Source: an uncultured delta proteobacterium
GTDB taxonomy: Bacteria; Desulfobacterota; Binatia; UBA9968
Direction: 5' to 3'
Assembly: GCA_963816145.1 (NCBI GenBank)
Contig: CAWFJP010000029.1
Coordinates: forward strand, 64,001-128,000
Length of the DNA: 64,000 nucleotides
Part shown: one piece after another, positions 22,786 through 35,017 of the stretch
Layout of the letters: the number at the start of each line of letters is the position of its first letter
How positions within the stretch are numbered: position 1 is the first letter of the stretch
Position numbers and translations under genes: made by a program
The notes under the pieces: generated by a model
The model's input: the letters and a program-made list of their open reading frames with translations, nothing else
Database searches by the model: none
What the model was told of the DNA's origin: nothing

Positions 22786-24471
22786 ATGTCTCATCTCTCC
22801 ACGGATGTTCTGATCATCGGTGCCGGCGGCGCTGGCATGTACGCGGCCATCGCGGCGGCGCGTAATGGCGCGTCGGTACTTTTACTTGATAAGAGCCAAG
22901 TGGGGCGCGGCGGCGCGACGATCATGGCGCAGATGACCGTCGCCGTCGCGTTAGGCGAACAGGAGCCCGACTCGGTTCAACTTCATTTTCAGGATACATT
23001 GACTGCCGGGCGCGGCCTGTGCAACGAAGAGCTTGCCTATTTGCTGTGCGACGACGGTCCCAAGCGGATTCGCGAAATGGCCGAGTGGGGTACCCGCTGG
23101 GCGCGCGAAGACGGTCATATCAAACAAGAGATGGCGCCCGGCCATAGCGTCAAGCGCTGCTGCTACGTCGATTTTCTCAATACCGGTCCGGCGGTCGCCG
23201 CGACCTTGCGCCGCAAGGTCGGCGAGATTGCCGCGATTCGCCGCATTAGCAATTTAGCGGTGGTGGAAATGCTTGTGCGCGACGGTCAGGTCATCGGTGC
23301 TGTGGGCGTCAATCTCGTCGACGGTCAATGGGTTTCGATCGAAGCTAGGGCCGTCATTCTTGCCGCCGGCGGTCTGACCAAACTCTTCGAGCGCAATAGC
23401 GCGTCGGCTAACATGGGCGGCGAAGCCTACGCCATGGCGCTATGGGCCGGCGCCGAATTGATCGATATGGAATTTGTCCAGTTCTTTCCCATCGGTCATT
23501 TGGCGCCGCGTTTGGTCGGCATGGACCCGATCATGTGGGATCCGTTTCGTTATAAGCTTGGCGGCAAACTGCTCAACGGCAGATTCGAAGAGTTCGTCGA
23601 CCGCTACGGCAGCACGGACTTCGGCAAGTATAACGCGACCCGCGACATCGCCGCGTACGCGATACTCAAAGAAGTCGAAGCTGGGCGGGGCACGCCTCAC
23701 GGCGGCGCCTATCTCGACTTCCGCCATATTCCAGCGGCGCAACTGCGCGGCGCCTTCGGTCCGGTTGTCGACCGGTTGTTGGCCAATGGCATCGACCTGA
23801 CCAAGACGCCGGTGGAGGTCTCGCCGATCGCGCATTATCACATGGGCGGCATTCGCGTCGACGCGAACATGGAAACCCGGATCGCCGGTCTCTATGCCGC
23901 CGGCGAAGCGGTGGGCGGGGCCAATGGCGCCAACCGGTTGTCCGGTAACGCCATCACCGAGGCGTTTGTCTTCGGTGAGCGCGCCGGAGCGAGCGCCGCG
24001 CTCAAAGTCAAATCAGAGAGTGCTCCTTGGGATGACATGGCGGCGACGGCGGCCCTCGAACGTTTGCGCGATTCCCCTTGCATCGAATCCAGCGACGCGC
24101 CGCCACCGATCTCATTACTGGCCGAGCTGCAAAAACTCATGTGGGAAAAGGCCGGGCCGTTTCGCACCGGGGATCAGCTTTTATCGGCACAGCGTCAAAT
24201 CGCGCGCATGCAGCGAGAGTTGCCCAGACTTCGCATCGGTTCGCAGGGCGCGTTCAATCTCGATCTGCAAGACTGGTTCGAGCTGCGCGCTATGCTGACG
24301 ACGGCCGCCGCGGTCGTCAAGTCGGCGCTGGCGCGCTGCGAGAGCCGCGGCGCGCACCAGCGCGAAGACTTTCCCGCGCCGGACGAATCTTTTCTAAAAA
24401 ACCAAGTCGTTGAGATGCGCAACGACGAACTGATTACGCGCTGGGTAGCGCCGGTTTGTTTGCGGGATTGA
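22786..24471 (+). CDS. FAD-dependent oxidoreductase, SdhA/FrdA/NadB family (atypical)
   Basis: GAGGAG, DMEFVQF, HYHMGGI, GANRLSGN, RCESRGAH. Confidence 0.88.
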   Translation: MSHLSTDVLIIGAGGAGMYAAIAAARNGASVLLLDKSQVGRGGATIMAQMTVAVALGEQEPDSVQLHFQDTLTAGRGLCNEELAYLLCDDGPKRIREMAEWGTRWAREDGHIKQEMAPGHSVKRCCYVDFLNTGPAVAATLRRKVGEIAAIRRISNLAVVEMLVRDGQVIGAVGVNLVDGQWVSIEARAVILAAGGLTKLFERNSASANMGGEAYAMALWAGAELIDMEFVQFFPIGHLAPRLVGMDPIMWDPFRYKLGGKLLNGRFEEFVDRYGSTDFGKYNATRDIAAYAILKEVEAGRGTPHGGAYLDFRHIPAAQLRGAFGPVVDRLLANGIDLTKTPVEVSPIAHYHMGGIRVDANMETRIAGLYAAGEAVGGANGANRLSGNAITEAFVFGERAGASAALKVKSESAPWDDMAATAALERLRDSPCIESSDAPPPISLLAELQKLMWEKAGPFRTGDQLLSAQRQIARMQRELPRLRIGSQGAFNLDLQDWFELRAMLTTAAAVVKSALARCESRGAHQREDFPAPDESFLKNQVVEMRNDELITRWVAPVCLRD

Positions 24472-24821
24472 TGGCGATGGCCGCGATGAAGCAAACCGCG
24501 ACCCTGCATGTTCGGCGCGGAGCGCCCGGCGAAGCTGGGCGCTACGACGACTTCCATGTGCCCTTTGAAGACGGCATGTCGGTGCTCGACGCCCTGCGTT
24601 GGATTCGCACCAACATCGATAGCAGTCTGGCGATCCGCTACAGCTGCATCAACGCCAATGCCTGCAAAACCTGCATGGCGCTGGTTAACGGCGAGGTTGA
24701 ATACACTTGTATCGCCAAATTGACGCCAAAGACGACGACGGTAGAGCCGCTGCCTAAGCGGGCTTTGATCCGCGATCTGGTGACGGACGTGATTCCGGAT
24801 GATGAGAAACTTTACCGTTGA
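24471..24821 (+). CDS. 2Fe-2S protein (SdhB N-terminal domain only)
   Basis: YSCINANACKTC-x11-C, EPL..IRDLV; TGATG overlap with the upstream gene. Confidence 0.85.
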   Translation: MAMAAMKQTATLHVRRGAPGEAGRYDDFHVPFEDGMSVLDALRWIRTNIDSSLAIRYSCINANACKTCMALVNGEVEYTCIAKLTPKTTTVEPLPKRALIRDLVTDVIPDDEKLYR

Positions 24822-24833
24822 TAGGGTCACGCC

Positions 24834-25571
24834 ATGGATCAGTACGGTAAACCTTTCTTGACCGCCGAGTGGCGCTATCTGGCGATGCTCAACTATGAGC
24901 TCGAACCGGCAATTCTCCGGCGCTTCGTACCCCGCGGCACGGAACTGGATTCATGGAACCGAAAGACTTTCGTCAGCATGGTTGGCTTTTTGTTTCTCAA
25001 CACGCGGGTGATGGGGATACCGATTCTATTTCACGAGAAGTTTGAAGAGATCAACTTGCGCGTCTACGTGCGGCGCCGGGCAGAGGATGGCTGGCGCCGT
25101 GGTGTGGTCTTCATCAAAGAGATCGTGCCCCGAGCGGCGATCGCCTGGTTGGCGCGGTGGCTCTACAACGAGTACTACGTGGCATTGCCGACCGGCAATG
25201 CGCTATCGCGCTCATCGGCGGATGCCAAGAACATCGAATCGGCGAAATATTTTTGGACGTTTCAAAAGCGCGCGCAGTTTCTCGAAGTGGTGACCGATGG
25301 CATGCCGCGCCATTTCCTCGAAGGCTCTGAGGAAGAGTTTATCGCGCAGCATTACTGGGGCTATGCCGCGCAGCGAAATGGCGGGACGGTGGAATACCGT
25401 GTCGACCACCCGGTGTGGCGCATTTGGCAGACGCGCAGCGCGCGCTTGGATTGCGATGGCGAGAAGCTTTATGGCAAGGAGTTCGCCAAATTTTTGCAGG
25501 TACGGCCGTCGTCAGCATTTCTCGCCGAGGGGTCGGCGGTTACGGTTTATCGCGGCGTCACGATCGTTTGA
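24834..25571 (+). CDS. DUF2071/YqjF family protein
   Basis: FLTAEWRYLAMLNY, FEEINLRVYV, HYWGY. Confidence 0.8.
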   Translation: MDQYGKPFLTAEWRYLAMLNYELEPAILRRFVPRGTELDSWNRKTFVSMVGFLFLNTRVMGIPILFHEKFEEINLRVYVRRRAEDGWRRGVVFIKEIVPRAAIAWLARWLYNEYYVALPTGNALSRSSADAKNIESAKYFWTFQKRAQFLEVVTDGMPRHFLEGSEEEFIAQHYWGYAAQRNGGTVEYRVDHPVWRIWQTRSARLDCDGEKLYGKEFAKFLQVRPSSAFLAEGSAVTVYRGVTIV

Positions 25572-25583
25572 CGCCGCAGCAGA

Positions 25584-26474
25584 CTAGGCGATTCCCATAA
25601 GCCTCGCCGGGTTGATCGACGCGACTTGATTAACCTCGCCTTTGCTCAAGCCGCCTTCGTGCAGCATGCCGAGATACATTCTAAATAGCTCAGCCGGGTT
25701 TGGGCTGTATGGGCGAAAGTAATCGGTGCTGGCGACGATCTGGCGCAGGCCCACAGCGCGAAACTGTTTGACCAGATCCGGCGAGTCCAATCGACCGGGC
25801 GCCAGCGCGTTCCAGCAGGATTCGACAAACGCACCCATGTCGGCGGCCTTTTTTTGCGCCTCCATCGGCATGTTGATCATATGGGCCTGGGCGTGGTTGA
25901 TCACCAGCCGATGGCTGTAACCCATGTCGCGCGCCGCTTCGATAAACGCCAGCGATTCCTGCCAGGATACATGTCCCATGCCGAGGGTGAGGTCATGGGC
26001 TTTGCAGGCTTCGATAATCTCATACCCACGCTGGACGAGCTTACCTTTGTCGTCGAGAAAATAATAGTTGGGGTTCTCCAACGCGGCGTGGGCTTTGTAA
26101 TACGACTTGATGCGGTGGCTGAAACCTTTGTGTTCGACGTCGTTGCGCGCGCTCCAGGTCGGCAGGAAAACCATCTTGCCGCCGAGTTCGGCACAAGCTT
26201 CGACGATGCAAGGATTGGGGCCGCCGGCGGTGGCGTTGAGAACCACACTCGACCAGATTTCCATTTTGGTTTGCACCGACGCCAAGATGTACGGCGCGAC
26301 GTTGACCGTCGGCCACCAGTGGGATTTGAGCACGACGCCGCGCATGCCCATGGCCTCGGCTTTGGGTATCCAAAGAAACTCCGGCTCGCGTTTGCGCTCC
26401 TTGGCGGAAAATTCGAAATCGATGTGGCAGTGAACGTCAATGACACCTTCCATCATGTCATCGTACAAGGTCAT
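25584..26474 (-). CDS. amidohydrolase-superfamily protein (DUF6282-like)
   Basis: IDVHCH, VLKSH, GHVS, STD, NPARL. Confidence 0.7.
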   Translation of the reverse strand: MTLYDDMMEGVIDVHCHIDFEFSAKERKREPEFLWIPKAEAMGMRGVVLKSHWWPTVNVAPYILASVQTKMEIWSSVVLNATAGGPNPCIVEACAELGGKMVFLPTWSARNDVEHKGFSHRIKSYYKAHAALENPNYYFLDDKGKLVQRGYEIIEACKAHDLTLGMGHVSWQESLAFIEAARDMGYSHRLVINHAQAHMINMPMEAQKKAADMGAFVESCWNALAPGRLDSPDLVKQFRAVGLRQIVASTDYFRPYSPNPAELFRMYLGMLHEGGLSKGEVNQVASINPARLMGIA

Positions 26475-26642
26475 GGATAGCTCCTTTGGAAAGGGAATTT
26501 AACCACAAAGGACAAAGTTAGGAATTCGGATTAAGAGGACTGGCCGCAAAGAACGCAAAGGGCACAAAGAAAATTTGTAATTCGGCAAGGGAGTTCATTC
26601 CCTGACGATCACGAACGCGTTTACGATCACGGTATCTGTCCG

Positions 26643-27920
<1,278 letters not shown>

Positions 27921-28137
27921 GTGAGAACCTCCAGTCGATTATCAGGAAGGCGCTGGCCGCGATGGGCGGTCCAGCTGCCACTTTTGGGACTGTACTGAAA
28001 AAAGCCCGGGAAGTCATCACCCGGCTGACATGACTCATCGTCGAGTTTCGCCGAAACTAACTATCGAGAGTGCGTGGGTTACTCTCGCATCGCGGCCGTC
28101 GTTGCAGGACTTGGCAGACTCGGTTAGATTTCCGGCA

Positions 28138-28686
28138 ATGGCGCTGAACCCGAAACAGCGAGCTGTCGTTAGAAGTGCGCTCGTTGCGGTAATCATCGTC
28201 GCTGCAGCTGTGTCGGCATCGCGCTTGATTCCGTCTGCAGCGCTGCCGCTAGATCAACCGGCTGCCCGCATCGCATGGGCGTTGCCGTGGGCTGTGCTGC
28301 CTCTCTTGACGCTCATGGTTTCGATCATGCGGGTGGCCAATCACCGGTTCTCCACGCCGGAAGATATTGACGGCAGCGGGCTGACGGTTGGAACTCCAAG
28401 GGTGCAGGTTCTGCGCGCGATCCTGCAAAATACTCTGGAACAAGCTGTGTTGGCGGTCGGCGGATTTCTCATCGGCTCGGTGACATTGCCGCATGGCTGG
28501 CTTGGGGTCATCCCGGTTGCGGCGCTGTTATTTGTTATCGGCCGAATCCTTTTCTTAGTCGGCTATGCTAGCGGCGCCGGAGGACGCGCGTTGGGGTTTG
28601 GGCTGACGGCGTATCCGACATTCGGTTTATTGATAACGGTCGCGGTGATACTGATCATGCGAGCGGCGGGTTGGCTTGTTCAATAA
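28138..28686 (+). CDS. MAPEG family membrane protein
   Basis: LQNTLEQ, GRILFLVGY, four hydrophobic segments. Confidence 0.75.
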   Translation: MALNPKQRAVVRSALVAVIIVAAAVSASRLIPSAALPLDQPAARIAWALPWAVLPLLTLMVSIMRVANHRFSTPEDIDGSGLTVGTPRVQVLRAILQNTLEQAVLAVGGFLIGSVTLPHGWLGVIPVAALLFVIGRILFLVGYASGAGGRALGFGLTAYPTFGLLITVAVILIMRAAGWLVQ

Positions 28687-28712
28687 ATTCGCCAATGACA
28701 GAGTTAATGTGT

Positions 28713-28951
28713 CTCTCGGGGATGGTTGAAATCCCTCACCCCTTCGAGAAACCTCAGGGCAAGCTTGAGGCGAAGAGAAGGTTTGTCATGCCGGCGAAGG
28801 CCGGCATCCACCTTCGTGCGCGCTGCAAGGCCACAGAAAACCTGGATTCCGGCCCCGGATCAGGTTCGGGGCAGGCTCTGCGCCGGAATGACGACCCGGA
28901 AGAGTCGACTTCTAGTCGACGAATTCAGAACCCCTCGGCTTTAACCCGAGG
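28713..28951. repeat. palindrome-rich repeat element, copy 2 (inverted, with two small internal insertions)
   Basis: Reverse complement aligns with 22491-22684. Confidence 0.85.
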
Positions 28952-28996
28952 CTCATTCAGTTTGTTGAACTCATTCTTAGGTAGCTGACGAGGACC

Positions 28997-29893
28997 ATGA
29001 TGGCTGAAGTGGAATTTCACGGTGTGTTCCCTTACTTAGTATCGCCCATAGATGCGTCCGGCGAGGTCAAGGCCGAAGTACTGGCGCGGCTATGCGACGA
29101 TCTGATTCAGGCCGGTATCCATGGTTTGACGCCGCTCGGGTCGACGGGGGAGTTTGCTTATCTTTGCTGGGCGCAGCGGCGGCGCGTGGTCGAAGTCGTC
29201 ATCGAGGCGGCGCGCGGGCGGGTGCCGGTGGTTGCCGGGGTGGCGTCGACGACCATCGCCGATGCGACGACGCAGGCGTGCGAATTTGAACAAATGGGGG
29301 CGAGCGGCATTCTGGCGATTCTCGAAGCCTATTTCCCGCTATCCGACGACGGCGTGTTTTCCTATTTCAAGGCGATCGCCGATGCGGTGTCGCTGCCGGT
29401 GGTGCTTTACACCAACCCCAACTTTCAGCGTTCGGACCTGAACCTGCCGGTGATCGACCGGCTGAGCCGTGTCTCTAACATCGGCTACATTAAAGATGCG
29501 TCCAATAATACCGGACGGCTGCTCTCGATTCTAAATCTAGTCCAAGGGCGGATGAAAGTGTTTGCCGCGTCGGCGCATATCCCGGCCGCAGTGATGTTGA
29601 TCGGCGGCGTCGGTTGGATGGCCGGGCCGGCTTGCGTGGCGCCGCGCCAGAGCGTCGAGCTATACGAGACCTGCCGACGCGGCGATTGGACGGGCGCGAT
29701 GGCATTGCAGCGGCCGCTTTGGGCGCTCAACCAAGCCTTCGCCAAGTACAACCTCGCGGCTTGCATCAAAGGCGCTCTCGAACTCCAAGGCTATGCCGTG
29801 GGCGCGCCCTTGCCGCCGCAGGCGCCGCTGGCGCCTGAGGCACTCGAAGACGTCAAGCGCACGCTCATCGCCATCGGCGCGCTGAAGTCGTGA
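28997..29893 (+). CDS. DapA/NAL family lyase
   Basis: LGSTGEF, LYTNP, Schiff-base lysine in IKDAS. Confidence 0.88.
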   Translation: MMAEVEFHGVFPYLVSPIDASGEVKAEVLARLCDDLIQAGIHGLTPLGSTGEFAYLCWAQRRRVVEVVIEAARGRVPVVAGVASTTIADATTQACEFEQMGASGILAILEAYFPLSDDGVFSYFKAIADAVSLPVVLYTNPNFQRSDLNLPVIDRLSRVSNIGYIKDASNNTGRLLSILNLVQGRMKVFAASAHIPAAVMLIGGVGWMAGPACVAPRQSVELYETCRRGDWTGAMALQRPLWALNQAFAKYNLAACIKGALELQGYAVGAPLPPQAPLAPEALEDVKRTLIAIGALKS

Positions 29894-29976
29894 TTGCAAT
29901 TTTAGACCGGGTGGAGTTATTCAAGTACTCAGACTCTTCGATTATCGTCGATCACTCGGTTGGAAGGAGTTTCTCC

Positions 29977-30975
29977 ATGATGCGTTCGTTCCATGCGAAG
30001 CCTGTTTCAAACGTGATCATCATCGCGTTCCTATTGGTTTTCGCTCTGGTGTCGGACGCATTCGCAGCGACGCCGACAAAAAGGGTGCGCATCCTCTTCG
30101 CTGACTTTAGTGAACGGATGGGGCTTTTCTTCGTCGCCAAAGACCAACATTTTTTCGAAGAACATGGACTTGAGGCCGATCTCGTCCAGGTGAACAGCGG
30201 TCCGGTGGCGGTCGCGGCGATGGCGGCGAACGAGGCGGAGTTCTACACCGTTTCAGCGACCGGCTCGGCCCTCGGCGCCATGGTGAGCGGGCTCGATCTC
30301 GTCTGGGTCGCTGGAATGATCAATAAGCTTGACGGCTACTTCTACGTTGCGCCGAAGATCCAAAAACCGGACGATTTGAAGGGGAAAATAATTGGCGTGC
30401 AGAGTATTGGCGGCGGCATCTGGATGTTCACGATGATGACCTTCGATCATTGGGGCATCAGTCCGGAGCGCGATAAGATTCAGATGCGCGTGATCGGCGA
30501 CCAGTCCGTCTTGGTTCAGGCTCTGGGTGCCGGTATTATCGATGGCGCCGTTTTGGGCTATGCCTACAGTAGTGTGGTGCAGCGAAATGGCGGACGGCTT
30601 TTGGCCGATCTCGGGACACTGAAGATCGCGTACCAAGGAACCGGCTTGGTAGCACGCCGAAGTTTTATCGCCGGCTCGCCTGACACCATCGAGAGGACGC
30701 TTAGAGCGTTTATCAAAGCGAACGCGTTCTTGCAGGACAAGAACAATCAGCCGGCGGTCATTCGAAGCCTGCGCAAATGGCTGCGGCTGCCCGCCAGCGA
30801 GAATACCGACGAGCTCTACGAACGAATGAAATCGCTCTACGACCGTCGCATCAGCCCAACCCGAGAGGGCGTGCAAAATGCCCTGCGCGTGCTCAGTAAA
30901 GCCGACTCAAAATACGCCAAACTGAAAGTGGAAGATTTGATCGACGATCGGATCGTGCGGAAGTTAGAGAATTAG
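29977..30975 (+). CDS. NMT1/SsuA-type substrate-binding protein
   Basis: Signal peptide, FFEEHGLE, DLKGKIIGV, DDRIVRKL C-terminus. Confidence 0.85.
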   Translation: MMRSFHAKPVSNVIIIAFLLVFALVSDAFAATPTKRVRILFADFSERMGLFFVAKDQHFFEEHGLEADLVQVNSGPVAVAAMAANEAEFYTVSATGSALGAMVSGLDLVWVAGMINKLDGYFYVAPKIQKPDDLKGKIIGVQSIGGGIWMFTMMTFDHWGISPERDKIQMRVIGDQSVLVQALGAGIIDGAVLGYAYSSVVQRNGGRLLADLGTLKIAYQGTGLVARRSFIAGSPDTIERTLRAFIKANAFLQDKNNQPAVIRSLRKWLRLPASENTDELYERMKSLYDRRISPTREGVQNALRVLSKADSKYAKLKVEDLIDDRIVRKLEN

Positions 30976-31025
30976 CAAGTTCGCGGGCAGGTCACAAAAC
31001 CAATTTTCGAGAGTGGGGGTAAACT

Positions 31026-32366
31026 ATGATCCGCATCGTTCATATCCTGAATCAATTTTTTGCCGGCATCGGCGGCGAGGACAAAGCCGATATGGCCGTG
31101 GCGGTTGCCGACGGCGCGGTGGGCGCGGCGCGCGGACTGCAAGCCCAGCTGGGCGAGCGCGGCCAGGTGATCGCGACGGTTTACTTCGGCGATAATTATT
31201 TTCATGAGCACAAAGATCAAGCCCTGGCGGCGATTCTCGCTGAGTTGGCGAAGCAAAAGCCCGATACAATTGTCGCCGGCCCGGCTTTCAATGCCGGCCG
31301 CTACGGGCTTGCTTGCGCGGAGATTTGCCAGGCGGTGAGCGAGACGCTCGGACTACGCTGCGTCACCGGCATGGAGCCGGAGAATCCCGGCGTCGGGGTT
31401 TACCGCGATTACCATAACGACAAAGTGTTTTTGCTGCCGACGGCGGAGACCGCGTCGGGCATGGCGCGAGCGCTGACCGCGATGGCGCCATTCGCTTGCC
31501 GTCTCGCTTACGGCGAGGAGATCGGACCGGCGGCCGACGAGGGCTATCTGCCGCGCGGCATTCGCCGCTTGGTGCAGGTCGACAAGAGTGGCGCCGATCG
31601 TGCCATCGAGATGTTGCTCGCCAAGATCGCCGGCAAGCCTTTTACGACCGAGATACCGATGGAAGTTTGGGACAAAGTCGAGCCGGCGGCGCCGCTGCCT
31701 AACGTCGCAGCGGCGAACTTGGCGGTGATCTGCACCGGCGGCGTCGTGCCTTGGGGCAATCCGGATGGTTTCAAAACTTACCGCAATACATTCTGGCGCA
31801 AGTACAACTTCTCCGAAGTGAAAGCGTTGGAGCCCGGCAAATGGGAAGCGGTGCATGGCGGTTACAATGTCGCCTTCATGAATAAAAATCCGCATTACGG
31901 CATGCCGCTCGATGCGCTGCGATCCTTGGAAGCGGACGGCAAGATTGGCCGCGGCAAGCTCTATCCGGCTTATTATGTCATTCCTGGCAACCAAGGCTCG
32001 CCGGCGGTGATGCGCCGGGTCGGCCAGGAGATCGCCGCCGATTTAAAAAAGGATGGTGTCGACGGCGTTTTACTGGTGGCCACGTGAGGCACCTGCAGTC
32101 GCAGCGGCGCTGTGATTAGCAAAGAACTCGACAGGGCGGGACTTCCGGTGTCGATGATTACTGCGATGTATCCGGTGGCGGAGCAAGTGGGTGCGAGCCG
32201 CATCGTCAAGGCGGTGGCGATTCCCCACCCCTGCGGCGATCCGAGCCTGCCGGCGGAACTGGACGCCCAGTTGCGCCGGGAGATTGTTGCGACGGCGCTC
32301 AAGGCGCTTGAGGCCAAAGTCGAATCGTCGACGGTGTTTACGCCGAAGATTGCGGCGAGCGCGTGA
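31026..32366 (+). CDS. grdB: glycine/sarcosine/betaine reductase selenoprotein B homolog (UGA=Sec at 32085-32087)
   Basis: NQFFAGIGGE, GPAFNAGRYG; in-frame LVAT-TGA-GTCSR continues into ORF 32112-32366 (HPCGDP). Confidence 0.93.
32097..32117 (+). promoter_or_regulatory. candidate bacterial SECIS hairpin
   Basis: agtcgcagc-ggc-gctgtgatt; 9-bp stem including GU pairs, G-initiated loop about 19 nt after the UGA. Confidence 0.65.
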
Positions 32367-32379
32367 TTGGATTATCTCC

Positions 32380-32499
32380 CGCAAAGACGCAAAGGTCGCA
32401 AAGTAGGGAACGAAACAGTTCACCACGAAGGCACGAAGGACACGAAGGCATCGAAGCAATAATTGTTCCGACCTTCGTGCTCTTCGTGCCTTCGTGGTG
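32380..32499. repeat. 9-nt periodic repeats (CGCAAAG units plus CACGAAG inverted hairpin)
   Basis: cgcaaagacgcaaaggtcgcaaag; caccacgaaggcacgaaggacacgaag ... cttcgtgctcttcgtgccttcgtggtg, same family as 7228-7306. Confidence 0.85.
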
Positions 32500-32598
32500 G
32501 AAAATTTTGGTGCCCTTTAGCACAGAGTCCTGAAGTTAGAAAAAATGCGCTACTCAGTGTCATCATGAATATCAATTCGGTTCTGTGTCCGATTAATC

Positions 32599-33903
32599 AT
32601 GCGTCTTGAACTCGCGGAGTTTCCGGTGGCGAGCATCAAGCTCGCTGATCGCTTTCATTATGCTGCCGGCCAGTTGACCGTTCACCAATCTGAAATCGAG
32701 CAGGCGGTTTTGCAGGAGAGCCGCATCGAAGCGGCTTGGCTCGATGTGGTCTCGCCCGGGGACAAGGTTCGGATCACCGGCATCCGCGACGTCGTCGAAC
32801 CGCGCGTCAAAGTGAGCGGCGCGGGCCAAGTTTTTTCCGGCGTCCTCGGGCCGGTGGCGCCGGTGGGGGAGGGGCGAACCCATCGACTGTCAGGCATGGC
32901 GGTTTTCGTTACGGCGGAGTATGAGGGCACGGTGCGCGCTGGGCTCGGCGTGCAGCGCAGTGCGATTCTCGACATGTGGGGCGACGGCGCGGCGGCGACG
33001 CCGTTCAGCGCGCTCAACGGTTTGGTGTTGAACCTGCGCTTAGCGAAGGGCTTATCCGAACTAACTGCCCATACGATCATTCAACGCGCGGCGTTTGAAA
33101 CCGCCAAACGGTTGGCGGAAGTCACCATCGGATTGATTCCCGCGCAAGTCGAATTCTTCGAGTTAGGCGGCGCCGACGCTGCGTTGCCGAGAGTGTTGCT
33201 GATTCAAGGCTGTTTGACCGACGCCGGCAACCCGCATTCAGGTGTCGGCTACTTCGGTTTGCCGATCCGCGACTCGCTGGCGACCACGGTCCACCCCAAT
33301 GAATTTCTCGACGGCGCGTTCAGCATGTACGCCACCCGCTGCCTGGCATATTTCCCGGTGACCTGGGATTGGCAGAATCATCCGTTGCTGCTCGGCCTCT
33401 ACCGCGAGCACCGGCGCAGCGTCAATTTCTTGGGCGTCGTCCTGGCGCGTATCGCCTTCGACACTTTTCACGGCAAGGAAGTGATTGCTCAGAACACGGC
33501 GCAACTGGCGACGATGCTTGGCGCGGAAGCGGCGCTGGTGTCTTGGATCGGTTCAGGAAACGCTTTTGTCGACGTCATGCTGACGCTGCGCGCTTTCGAG
33601 CGGCGCGGCATCAAGACCAACTTGGTAACGTACGAATACGGCGGCAAGGACGGCGTCGACTCGCCGCTGTTATTCTACACGCCGGAAGCGAGCGCCATCA
33701 CCAGCACCGGCAGCCGCGACCGTTGGATCGACCTGCCGCGGGCGGAAAAGATCGTCGGACCGTACGACGAGATCAAAGTGTTGAATTATCCGGGGGCGCC
33801 GCTCACACCGGCCGCGGGCCCTTTTACCCTCGATGCCCGCGACATGATTCTCGGCGGCGTCGATTACTGGGGGCGCGCCGGCTGGAACTGCGCGGCGTTT
33901 TGA
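32599..33903 (+). CDS. GrdE/GrdG/GrdI-like reductase component B subunit, paralog 1
   Basis: RLELAEF, RITGIRDVVEPRVK, GEGRTHRLSG, HPNEFLDGA, QNHPL. Confidence 0.85.
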   Translation: MRLELAEFPVASIKLADRFHYAAGQLTVHQSEIEQAVLQESRIEAAWLDVVSPGDKVRITGIRDVVEPRVKVSGAGQVFSGVLGPVAPVGEGRTHRLSGMAVFVTAEYEGTVRAGLGVQRSAILDMWGDGAAATPFSALNGLVLNLRLAKGLSELTAHTIIQRAAFETAKRLAEVTIGLIPAQVEFFELGGADAALPRVLLIQGCLTDAGNPHSGVGYFGLPIRDSLATTVHPNEFLDGAFSMYATRCLAYFPVTWDWQNHPLLLGLYREHRRSVNFLGVVLARIAFDTFHGKEVIAQNTAQLATMLGAEAALVSWIGSGNAFVDVMLTLRAFERRGIKTNLVTYEYGGKDGVDSPLLFYTPEASAITSTGSRDRWIDLPRAEKIVGPYDEIKVLNYPGAPLTPAAGPFTLDARDMILGGVDYWGRAGWNCAAF

Positions 33904-33917
33904 TGTGATGGGAGAAA

Positions 33918-34919
33918 TTGATGAGTAGACTGACGGTAGTTTTGGCGACGCAATTGGTGATTTTTCTAACAACCTCGGGATTCGCCGCTGCGGCCGCGCC
34001 GGCAAGCAAAATTGTCATCGCCTACGCCTCGCTTAACGAGCGCGGCGCCGGCGCCTTGCTGGTGGCGCGCGATCAGGGTTTCTTTCGCAAGTACGATCTC
34101 GATGTCAATCTGATCTACATGCGCAACGCCGCCGTGGCGTTGTCCGCGTTATCGGCGGGCGAGGCGCAGTTCTATTCTGGTTCGGCAAACGGATCGGTGC
34201 TCGGGGCCATTGCCAACGGTCTCGACCTGGCTTTCATCGCCGGCTTGGCGAATAAACTCAATGGCACCATGGTGGCGTCGCCGGCGATTCAGTCACCGGC
34301 GGATTTGAAGGGCAAGAATATCGGTATTCAGAGCATCGGCGGCGGCATTTGGATGATCACGCAGCTCGTGCTCGAGCACTGGGGCCTCGAGCCCAAGCGG
34401 GACGGCATCAACCTGCGCATTGTCGGCGACGAATCGGTGATGGTGCAGTCCTTGATGTTGGGCAGCATCGACGCCACCTACGCCGGTTATGCTTATGCGA
34501 CCATGCTCAAAAAGCAGGGATTCCGCGTCCTCGCTGATTTGACCAAACTCGGCGTGCCGTTCCAGAGCACGGCGATTTTGGCGCGGCGCAGTTACCTGAG
34601 CGGCAACTCTGCCACCGCCGAGAAGGTGATCCGCGCTTTGGTCGATGCGATCACGTTCATTCAGCGCCCCGCCAACAAAGCCGCCGTGGTCGCGACCCTG
34701 ACAAAAAATCTCCAAATCGTCCGGCCCGAAGACGCAGAGGAAGGCTATGAGGTGATACGTAATGTTTACGAGCGGCGGGTGTTCCCCAACGTCGAAGGGA
34801 TCAACAACGCAATCCGCCTGCTCGGCCTCGCCAATGAAAAGATCCGCCAGCTCAAGGCGGCTAATATGGTCGATGATTCAATCGTTCGAAAGTTGGAGAG
34901 GGATGGGCTGTTTCAATAA
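33918..34919 (+). CDS. NMT1/SsuA-type substrate-binding protein
   Basis: Signal peptide; paralog of 29977-30975 (GxQSIGGGIWM shared). Confidence 0.85.
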   Translation: MMSRLTVVLATQLVIFLTTSGFAAAAAPASKIVIAYASLNERGAGALLVARDQGFFRKYDLDVNLIYMRNAAVALSALSAGEAQFYSGSANGSVLGAIANGLDLAFIAGLANKLNGTMVASPAIQSPADLKGKNIGIQSIGGGIWMITQLVLEHWGLEPKRDGINLRIVGDESVMVQSLMLGSIDATYAGYAYATMLKKQGFRVLADLTKLGVPFQSTAILARRSYLSGNSATAEKVIRALVDAITFIQRPANKAAVVATLTKNLQIVRPEDAEEGYEVIRNVYERRVFPNVEGINNAIRLLGLANEKIRQLKAANMVDDSIVRKLERDGLFQ

Positions 34920-35017
34920 ATAATAGGTTCCAGGTGTTCCAAATGTTCCAATGGTTCCAGAGTCGTCGGATGGTTTGAGATCCGCGATATCCGCCGTTTC
35001 TAACATCAATTATATCC

